From an uncultured Nitrososphaerales archaeon (GTDB taxonomy: Archaea; Thermoproteota; Nitrososphaeria; Nitrososphaerales; Nitrososphaeraceae): a stretch of DNA of 64,000 nt. The DNA lies in NCBI GenBank assembly GCA_963713605.1, contig CAVQMO010000001.1, positions 288,001 to 352,000 of the forward strand, read 5' to 3'. The position numbers and the translations under genes were made by a program. The notes under the pieces were generated by a model. The model made no database searches. It was not told the DNA's origin and saw only the letters and a list, made by a program, of their open reading frames with translations. Shown in pieces: positions 22,887 to 30,874 of this stretch (position 1 is the first letter of the stretch; the number at the start of each line of letters is the position of its first letter).

Positions 22887-23825
22887 TCACGTTGGGTCTT
22901 CATTTGTGATCAGAGCTAGAAGCGCCGCTCTAATTTCCTTCCCATTCGCTGCTTGCCTGAAATATGTGGCATTGCTAGTATTGTCTATTGAATGAGAGAC
23001 TTCATCTAACCTGGGCAAGGGATGCATAATAGAAACATCAGTTTTTGACTTATCGAGGGTGGTTTGATCGATAGTATATGTACCCTTTACTTTTTCATAC
23101 TCTTGTATGTCAGGGAATCGTTCTTTCTGGATCCTAGTTACATAGATGACATCTAGGGTTGACAAAATCTCCTCAGGAATGTCGCTGTACTCATGGATCT
23201 TTAACTTATTCTCCACGCCGTATATTGACTCCTTTCGTATTCTGAGTGTAGGAGGCGATATCAATCGGATATCTACGTCGTAATTAGCGAGTCCATATAC
23301 CAAAGAATAAATCGTTCTTCCATATTTTAAATCACCAATAATCCCTATTCGAAGGCCGTCAATCCTTCCTTTCTCCTTATAAATTGTATATAAATCGAGC
23401 ATGGCCTGAGTCGGATGTTCTTCGCTTCCGCTCCCTGCGTTGATAACGGGATTACTTGACAATTCGCTTGCAAACCTACCAGAACCATCTAGAGGATGTC
23501 TCAACACGAGTACATCTGAGTACAAATCCATAATTCGAATCGTGTCTGACAAACTTTCACCCTTTTCAATAGATGAAGATTTAGGATCTGCTATACCAAT
23601 CGAGCTACCTCCGATAGATGAGATTGCGGCCTCAAAGCTCATTCTTGTTCTTGTGCTTGGCTCATAGTAAATCGAACCAAGGGTTCGTCCTTTACCCAAC
23701 TCGCTTCTTTCAGTCCTTGATAAGCTAGATATCTTGTCAGTGAAACTGAAAAGAAATTCTAATTCATCTCTGGTAAAATCCCTAATTGAAACGATATCCC
23801 TATCAAAATAATGATTTGTGGCCAA
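22887..23825 (-). CDS. pyrB: aspartate carbamoyltransferase catalytic subunit
   Basis: EPSTRTRMSFE, EHPTQA, TRIQKER, HPLPR. Confidence 0.98.
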   Translation of the reverse strand: MATNHYFDRDIVSIRDFTRDELEFLFSFTDKISSLSRTERSELGKGRTLGSIYYEPSTRTRMSFEAAISSIGGSSIGIADPKSSSIEKGESLSDTIRIMDLYSDVLVLRHPLDGSGRFASELSSNPVINAGSGSEEHPTQAMLDLYTIYKEKGRIDGLRIGIIGDLKYGRTIYSLVYGLANYDVDIRLISPPTLRIRKESIYGVENKLKIHEYSDIPEEILSTLDVIYVTRIQKERFPDIQEYEKVKGTYTIDQTTLDKSKTDVSIMHPLPRLDEVSHSIDNTSNATYFRQAANGKEIRAALLALITNEDPT

Positions 23826-24002
23826 TTTCGTAAATCTTGATCAGGTATTCTAATACTGTATATTTATTATTTCGAATGGTTCCCTTCAATGTTCTTTGTC
23901 TGTACTGAAAGTAGCTTTCACAGAAGGCTACTTTATGATATGGATTTGAATCCGTTTCCCAATAGGTTCATATGAAGAAATGGCTGATCGGATTTCTATT
24001 AG

Positions 24003-24671
24003 TTGGGAATTTATAAGTACGATATTTACAAGAGTCCGAATTTAGGGTTGTTCGGTCGGGCGAACAATAGCACTCTGATCCTACCTTTTGGTTTCGCCGA
24101 AACTAAAATGACTAAATTGAGGAGCTACCTAGAGGTCGAAAATGTACTTTTTACTTCGATTGGAGGAACCAGGCTCATTGGGGCGATGGCTGTCATGAAC
24201 AACAAAGGCATCTTGTTGTCGTCTTTTTCGTCGGACGAGGAGATTGAAGCTATGAGGCGATCGACCGGGCTTAACGTCGAGAGGCTATCTAGCAGGTTTA
24301 CTGCAGTAGGGAACTTAGTTATAGCCAATGATATGGGTGCGCTGGTTTCTCCTATATTCAAAGGCGAAGTTGACAAGCAGGTCCAGGATGTTCTTGGAGT
24401 ACCCGTTATCTCCTGTACTGTCGCAGGATATTATCAGATCGGTTCAATGATTGTTGCTACTGATACGGGTGCAGCTGTACACCCCAAGGCATCAGAAGAA
24501 GAGGTGGCAATTATCGCAGAGACTCTAAAGGTTGAGACTGAGCCAGTCACGGTTAACGGCGGTATGCCATTCCTGTCATCGGGATTACTCGCCAACAGTA
24601 AATCCGTAATCGCTGGTAGTATGACGAGTGGACCAGAGCTGATCATGATTAGTAGAGCTTTCAAGGTTTAG
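24003..24671 (+). CDS. eif6: translation initiation factor 6 (aIF6)
   Basis: SPNLGLF, GTRLIG, TAVGN..ANDMGAL, TVNGG. Confidence 0.95.
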   Translation: MGIYKYDIYKSPNLGLFGRANNSTLILPFGFAETKMTKLRSYLEVENVLFTSIGGTRLIGAMAVMNNKGILLSSFSSDEEIEAMRRSTGLNVERLSSRFTAVGNLVIANDMGALVSPIFKGEVDKQVQDVLGVPVISCTVAGYYQIGSMIVATDTGAAVHPKASEEEVAIIAETLKVETEPVTVNGGMPFLSSGLLANSKSVIAGSMTSGPELIMISRAFKV

Positions 24672-24967
24672 AATCTACGGGATCTACTGTGAATCAGGAA
24701 GCATATACCTGAGTATCTACTGGTAAATGGCTATTTCTGAGCCTTGATATAGGATTTGGTTCAGTACAGATTGAAAGTTCAAGTTGATAATAAGACTATA
24801 CAACTCAAAATCATTCTATGAATTTGGAAATTGGGATATCGAGATTCAAAGCACCCTTGTACAAAGTTGAATAAGCAGCATTATTTGGAACAAAATTTTA
24901 ATGATATCTGCAAAGATAAATCGGTTTTGGCAACAATAACGTATATAACAACAAAATAGAAATAATA

Positions 24968-25495
24968 TTGACGATGTCTGACAACGGAGTAGAACCTAAG
25001 GAGGAACGGTCTACATTTACAAGTACTTGGACTGTTGAATGGAAGGACGAAACTAGTCATGTCGTCAACACAGAAAAAGAAAATGCCTATCCTCAGGCCT
25101 TGATTTTGTTTAACGAATTATCTAGTTCGGGAAAGGAGGTGGTTCTTTACGAAATACGGACGCCCATTGCCGATCCAGCTGCTCAACCAAAAAAAATCCC
25201 AATTCTGAATAGTGCAAAGGCAAAGAAGAGAATTACTCATGGGGAACCGAAACCGCGAGCAGCTAGGGTGTCAGATAGGATTACAAATTCAAGCAAATCT
25301 GCAAAAACTTCTAGTCTAAAGGAGCTCAGGACAAGAATACTTATTTTAGTTGCAGTCATTGCTGTTTTTGTCATTATTCTCTTTCTTATTTCTATTCTTT
25401 TTACTGGCAGCGATTTAGCGCACAATTTTTCGATTTTACTTTTTCAACTAAATCCTCTGCGATTGGACTTAAACATACGGCCGGTTCTAGGGTAA
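24968..25495 (+). CDS. hypothetical protein with C-terminal TM helix
   Basis: 175 aa ORF, TATA-like element upstream. Confidence 0.65.
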   Translation: MTMSDNGVEPKEERSTFTSTWTVEWKDETSHVVNTEKENAYPQALILFNELSSSGKEVVLYEIRTPIADPAAQPKKIPILNSAKAKKRITHGEPKPRAARVSDRITNSSKSAKTSSLKELRTRILILVAVIAVFVIILFLISILFTGSDLAHNFSILLFQLNPLRLDLNIRPVLG

Positions 25496-25606
25496 TGTTT
25501 GTAATATTTAGGGCTCAAGCACCCTAAAAGCTTAATCAATTCCTGAGTGATTGGCACATTTGCTTCAAATACACAAGTTTAATACTCCTAGTTAGTTATA
25601 GGGGCT

Positions 25607-25852
25607 ATGCCAATAGCATATGTGTTACTCAATTGTGAACTCGGTCATGAAGCAGATATTATTAACGAACTGAAAAAACTACCGGGAGTCAATGATGTCG
25701 AAGGATGTTATGGTGTTTACGACATGATTCTGAAAATAAGCTCGGATTCGATGGACAAGCTAAAGGAGACTATCACGTGGCACATCCGAAAGATAGACAA
25801 AATAAAGTCGACTTTAACATTGATAGTTATAGAAGGCCAGGGGAATCATTAG
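25607..25852 (+). CDS. Lrp/AsnC ligand-binding domain protein (paralogue of 21280)
   Basis: AYVLLNCE.G, YGVYD, DSMDKLKETITWHIR. Confidence 0.93.
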   Translation: MPIAYVLLNCELGHEADIINELKKLPGVNDVEGCYGVYDMILKISSDSMDKLKETITWHIRKIDKIKSTLTLIVIEGQGNH

Positions 25853-26107
25853 GATTAAAGGCGAATTGAAGGGTTATTAGCTTACGACTCGCCTGCCAAT
25901 CCAGTGTCTTACCATACATTCAATCAAACCGCATGAAATTTAATAGGTCTTGACACAGATAGAGTTGGCACACTAATTTTCATTGGAATCTGATATGACG
26001 TTGCCTACATTGACATCATATTTCTCGACCTGATTGGTCAAGCATTCGTGTTAATTTATTCTCCTTAAAATAGTCTAATTTTAAGATAAGCTCGTTCGAT
26101 TTGCTCT

Positions 26108-26446
26108 TTACCTAATGTCTTGAAAAGCCTGGGAAATCTGCGATTTTGCCGCTTCCAGATCCTTATCGCTGGAGATAAGAAAAGCATTTTCTGGTTTACC
26201 CCTACCATGTTTTACGATTATAGCGAGTCCGTCGTCTTTTGGTTGAACATCAAGGAACGTCCTAAAGTTCAGCGTCTTCGCGTAGACAATTCGATGCGGG
26301 CGCACCTCTTCTATGACCATATCGCCTAGCGATTTTGCGAATCGTCTAAGCTCTAAGAGTATCTCTTTGATATCGTCTCTTAAACTCGTTAGATGATCTT
26401 CAAATTGCAAACCAGATTTATTATTGACGAACCCGAATTCACTCAT
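26108..26446 (-). CDS. conserved hypothetical protein (DUF5655-like)
   Basis: SLGD.VIEEVRPHRIVY.K...FR.F. Confidence 0.7.
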   Translation of the reverse strand: MSEFGFVNNKSGLQFEDHLTSLRDDIKEILLELRRFAKSLGDMVIEEVRPHRIVYAKTLNFRTFLDVQPKDDGLAIIVKHGRGKPENAFLISSDKDLEAAKSQISQAFQDIR

Positions 26447-26793
26447 GAGATCCTATATGCAAAAACCCTTTATTAATCAAAGAGGCACACGCAGTCTAGA
26501 TTTTTAGAGTTTTCCAGTTATTGAGGGCTTTCAATATTGGATATTGTACTATAAGGCAAATCTTTGATATGCATCTAATATGCGAATACTACTCTGCACT
26601 TGACGAGCTTCTGGTGAGCAACCCAAACATATTTTCAGCATATTGAAGGGAAAGGACAAATTACTTCAATCAATATAACATCCCCTGCCCTGGATGTTAC
26701 TATGCAGCAGACCGGAATCGCCAATCGAATAAATTTGTATCTACATTTTTACTTTTAAGGAATCGGGATAAAAATAGGTTGGTTTATCGAGGT

Positions 26794-27132
26794 TTAATTC
26801 CAGAGGGCGAGACGTTCCTTAAGAGGAGCAAAGTGTCTTTCAATCTCATCGAAGCGTTCATAAAAATTATCGATATGACGAAGTTTTTCAAAGGAAGAAT
26901 CTGTCTTTATCTTCTTCAAGACCCCGCTCACTTCATCAATCGTAACCCCGTGCTTAATATCATATTCTATCTGCTTTATGCAATTTGCTATCGTTCCGTA
27001 CTTCCGATGTTGTCGTTTTTCCCAAGTTGAAGCCGTTTCCGATATTCCTGTTAAATACTTTACAATTGTCTTTTCCATATGCTCAATATGCCAATCCTTC
27101 ATAGGAAAGCTATTCTGAGTCAAAAGATCCAT
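26794..27132 (-). CDS. conserved hypothetical protein
   Basis: 112 aa ORF (WHIEH.EK.I, YDIKHGV), TATA-like element upstream. Confidence 0.75.
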   Translation of the reverse strand: MDLLTQNSFPMKDWHIEHMEKTIVKYLTGISETASTWEKRQHRKYGTIANCIKQIEYDIKHGVTIDEVSGVLKKIKTDSSFEKLRHIDNFYERFDEIERHFAPLKERLALWN

Positions 27133-27432
27133 AATATATCCCTCTGCCGGACATATAAGCTAAGCCCCCATTCCAATAGCAAGGTTATTCTGCTAGTTAT
27201 CCACTACTCCATCAGCTTATGACATCTATGCCCCTCGACATCTTAATCGCCCCTCTCCGAGATTTCCAAATAGCCAGCCAGTCACCTATGCGCCTTATAT
27301 TGATTTCTAGGATTTGGTTGAAATGCATACAATACGAGAGTTTCATCCAAACCGTTCCAGATACTTTTCGTATATCAAGAGAATCCTAAATTCTCCTAAA
27401 ATCTCTTGTGACCTACAATGAGGGCAAGCCGT

Positions 27433-27984
27433 TTAGGCTATTCCAGTCGTCTTCTTTAGATGCTTCTCGAAGCTTTGTAAGGCTGATATCTGTTCTTCAG
27501 ATTGGATCGAACCTGGTCTCAAAACTCTGATCTTTGTGATGGCTTCTAGAGAGGACAGATTGGGGTCCTGTTTCATAATATATGCTGCAAGAATGGTTCC
27601 GGTTCTTCCTTTTCCGGCTGCGCAATGAACCAATACTGGTTTCTCTTCGTTAATGCGTTGGTCTATGTACCGGACCGTTGATTCTAAGCTTTCAAGTGGC
27701 GGTGCACCAAAGTCATCAACCTTCAGGTGCATATACTCCAGTTTCTGACTGGTATTAGTTAACCACGAAGTTGGAAGTGGGCTTTCCCTAACTGTGATGA
27801 TACTCCTAATGCCGTTCTTTGCAACCCACAAAAGTTGTGGCAAATTGACTGGCATGCCGCTGCCCGCTAATTTTTTCTCTATCACCCAGCTAAAATTCGT
27901 TGGTCGATTTGCAAAGCGTCCATGAAACCAACGATATGTATTGCCAATTCTGGTCATGTAGTTGTTTTGAATAATTACTTGCAA
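27433..27984 (-). CDS. dual-specificity protein phosphatase
   Basis: NFSWV, VHCAAGKGRTGT (CX5R), RPGSIQ. Confidence 0.93.
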   Translation of the reverse strand: MQVIIQNNYMTRIGNTYRWFHGRFANRPTNFSWVIEKKLAGSGMPVNLPQLLWVAKNGIRSIITVRESPLPTSWLTNTSQKLEYMHLKVDDFGAPPLESLESTVRYIDQRINEEKPVLVHCAAGKGRTGTILAAYIMKQDPNLSSLEAITKIRVLRPGSIQSEEQISALQSFEKHLKKTTGIA

Positions 27985-28141
27985 GAAGAGAATATATGTC
28001 TTTTAAATCGCCGTGTACGATCTTACTTTGAATATGCAAATAATCTTCGTGGCGCTGTATCCTCATCTGCATAGGTTCTAAATGTGCAAGGGTTAAATTG
28101 CATTGTGTGCTGGATGAGCCAGGGTCAAATGGTGGCGCAAT

Positions 28142-28852
28142 TTGATTAAACATGATTTCTCTAGTAAGATAGTTCTGATTACGGGAAGCTCGGGCGCGGT
28201 AGGAAGTCGGTTATTGGAATTTTTCACATCACACGGTGCTACTACCATTGGAACTTACCTAGACGAAACGAAAATCGATATTACTCGTTCAAAATCTGGA
28301 GGAGTCGACCTTATTCGATGTAATACTATGGAGAATGCCGATGTGACTTCTCTCGTTGATTCAATTACCCATAAACACGGTCGAATAGACGTTCTATTGA
28401 ATACTGTAGGGGGATACATTGGTGGGAAGAGTGTAGTGGATCTTGAAGAGGAAGAATGGAACAAGATGTTGGGTTTAAACCTGCTTTCGGCGTTCCTAAT
28501 TACCAAGCAAGTTCTCCGTCTAATGCTTCAATCTGATTATGGTAAGATAGTTCATATTTCTTCTTATACGGGGATATCTGCTCAGGGGTTGGATTCGGCA
28601 TATGCCTCATCGAAAGCCGGCCTGATAAGATTTGTTGAATCCGTTTCAAAAGAAGTGAAGGAATATAATATTACGGTCAACTGTTTATTACCTTCGATTA
28701 TCGATACAAAATCAAACAGAAAAATGATGCCAGATGCTAATTTCAAGCAGTGGGTCAAGATAGACGAGCTAGTGGATATTATTGCGTTCCTAAGTTCTGA
28801 CGACTCTCGTGCACTAACTGGCTCAGCAATACCAGTGCTCAAACCAAGTTAA
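28142..28852 (+). CDS. short-chain dehydrogenase/reductase
   Basis: TGSSGAVG, YASSK, PSIIDT. Confidence 0.93.
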   Translation: MIKHDFSSKIVLITGSSGAVGSRLLEFFTSHGATTIGTYLDETKIDITRSKSGGVDLIRCNTMENADVTSLVDSITHKHGRIDVLLNTVGGYIGGKSVVDLEEEEWNKMLGLNLLSAFLITKQVLRLMLQSDYGKIVHISSYTGISAQGLDSAYASSKAGLIRFVESVSKEVKEYNITVNCLLPSIIDTKSNRKMMPDANFKQWVKIDELVDIIAFLSSDDSRALTGSAIPVLKPS

Positions 28853-28900
28853 CTTAACTGCTACTCAACTACATAATTTGAAATTAAGAAAGTGATCAGA

Positions 28901-29215
28901 TTAGCTCAAAAAGGAAATGATTTTTCCCACCAAATCATTTTCGCGGGGCCTAGTTGTTGTTTCCAATAGTGCAACTCCATCTAAAGTAGCAGAAAAATAT
29001 TCTCTGTAATAAATGCGCATTTTTCGCCTTAATGTCCTTTCTACCAGGCCATATTCCATAAGGTCGGTTATCAATTGAGAAACAATCAATTGATTAAGAT
29101 CAGTTTGGCTTGAAATCTTGCTCTCTGTTTTGGAGCTACCCTTAACGCAACTAAGTATTTGAACATGCCACTTTGTCAGGCGTGAATCGTTACGATCAAA
29201 GGTCCTCGCATTCAA
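28901..29215 (-). CDS. winged-helix domain protein
   Basis: helix-turn-helix plus L.EYGLVER...T..G wing pattern. Confidence 0.6.
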   Translation of the reverse strand: MNARTFDRNDSRLTKWHVQILSCVKGSSKTESKISSQTDLNQLIVSQLITDLMEYGLVERTLRRKMRIYYREYFSATLDGVALLETTTRPRENDLVGKIISFLS

Positions 29216-29437
29216 ATGTATGTTATTTAGATCAACTAGAGTCGATTATTAATGTAACTGTCTAGCTGTGCAACAGATATACAGTACATTGACTTCTGTC
29301 ATACCTAAGAGTAGGATAGTCTCAAATCTTAAAATCAAGCCATTACTTGTCTTACGAATAGATTTCCTCAGGTGGAATAATTGCATGGCATCCCCAAATA
29401 AAATAACATTAATGGGGAATTGTTTGGATAAAAAGAG

Positions 29438-30256
29438 GTGAATAGTTCTTCGGACCCTGGAGAATATTGGCAGAATAGACTCACAGCAAATTATAGTTTG
29501 GACGGAACAGGATTCCAGGCCCTTGGCCAGCATTACAACAAATGGATGTATAGAATTAGGAAAGTTATCGTAAAAAGGGTGGTTAATAGGACGATCTCTG
29601 AGCTTAATGTTAAGGATGCGTTTGATATTGGTTCAGGTACTGGGTTTTACATTGACATGTGGATAGAACTTGGCGCTACAGGAGTCATAGGAAGTGACAT
29701 TACAGACGTGGCAGTGTCGAAGTTGGGGGAGAAATATCCTTCCAATGAATTCTTTAAGCTTGATATTGGGCAAAATGTATTGCCAGATCAGCTCTCTGGC
29801 CGAAAGTTTGACATCATATCTGCATTTGATGTATTATTCCATATAACCGATGATGTTCGATATCGGAATGCAATACTGAATATTAGTCGCCTTTTAAGAG
29901 AAGATGGAACGTTTTTGTTTTCAGAGAATTTTCTTCATCGTGATGCGCTAAGATCCCAGCATCAGGTGAGCCGTCCGCTTCTTTCAATCGAAAGGATACT
30001 TCAGGAAAGCGGATTTAAAATATTAGACAGGATTCCCATGTTTGTAATTATGAACGCACCAGTGGATACTAACAGTAGGTTACTTCAAACAACCTGGAAG
30101 TTGATTAGAACCACTGCAAAGAAAGGGAGATTCGCATCGAATTTCACCGGCTGTTTGCTTTATCCTCTAGAATTAATTCTTACTGGTATAGTCAAGGAGG
30201 GGCCATCAACGGAATTGATGATCTGCAAAAAACTACAAGGGGGTTCACAGTCCTAG
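29438..30256 (+). CDS. class I SAM-dependent methyltransferase
   Basis: FDIGSGTG, GSDIT, FDVLFHI, L.EDG. Confidence 0.9.
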   Translation: MNSSSDPGEYWQNRLTANYSLDGTGFQALGQHYNKWMYRIRKVIVKRVVNRTISELNVKDAFDIGSGTGFYIDMWIELGATGVIGSDITDVAVSKLGEKYPSNEFFKLDIGQNVLPDQLSGRKFDIISAFDVLFHITDDVRYRNAILNISRLLREDGTFLFSENFLHRDALRSQHQVSRPLLSIERILQESGFKILDRIPMFVIMNAPVDTNSRLLQTTWKLIRTTAKKGRFASNFTGCLLYPLELILTGIVKEGPSTELMICKKLQGGSQS

Positions 30257-30353
30257 TAAAGGATAGCAACATGCCGGAGTTAGATGTTGTTGATTCTCCA
30301 TTTAGCATTCTAACGTTTGAGCTATATGGCTAGTCAAACGACCTCTCATAGAT

Positions 30354-30626
30354 TCATCGACTTTGGTTGACACCCTTCCGATACCAAATGAAAAGCAGTA
30401 TTGCTCCAATTGCTATTCCAAATAGAGAATACACATAGGAGTTAGTGACGATAAAACAGTGCCACTCAAGCACTCTTAGGGAAGGATCCGTTAATTGAGC
30501 GTCCTCCTGACTAAGAATAGATAGACATCTAAAACCCTCCGAATTCAGGTCCGCTGCCAGGATAGAAAAGAGTGCTATAAAGAATATGCCATAATAGAAG
30601 AGGTTGTTTGCCCATAGGGGACTCAT
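30354..30626 (-). CDS. small two-TM protein with a Cys pair in the loop (start chosen at MSPLW)
   Basis: two hydrophobic helices flanking C...C; the upstream ORF extension overlaps a probable promoter region. Confidence 0.5.
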   Translation of the reverse strand: MSPLWANNLFYYGIFFIALFSILAADLNSEGFRCLSILSQEDAQLTDPSLRVLEWHCFIVTNSYVYSLFGIAIGAILLFIWYRKGVNQSR

Positions 30627-30843
30627 TGGAAACAATAAACCAGAGCTGAATCTTTCAAGAGGTGAAAGCTTGAGGCGTTCAGTGTTTGAAAGAAATGCTT
30701 GTAACAACAGCTCCTTAACAAATAAGAAGCACTTAACGAAATTGTATTCAATCAGTCCTACCTTCCCACATCTCTTTTCGCGTAGTCCCAATCGGTCATA
30801 CAATATCTCACTATAGAATCTTACAGTACATTAGACGTAAAAA

Positions 30844-30853
30844 TATTTATAAT
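30844..30853 (+). promoter_or_regulatory. TATA box (preceded by an A-rich BRE-like stretch) for the Ala/Gly-rich gene
   Basis: AAAAATATTTATAAT ~25 nt upstream of GTG 30875, consistent with a leaderless archaeal transcript. Confidence 0.55.
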
Positions 30854-30874
30854 GTATTGCTCCGCGAAAGTACC

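Noticed and set aside
26676..26699. Inverted repeat TAACATCC/GGATGTTA
   Set aside because: A single 8-bp stem, compatible with chance, with no supporting context.
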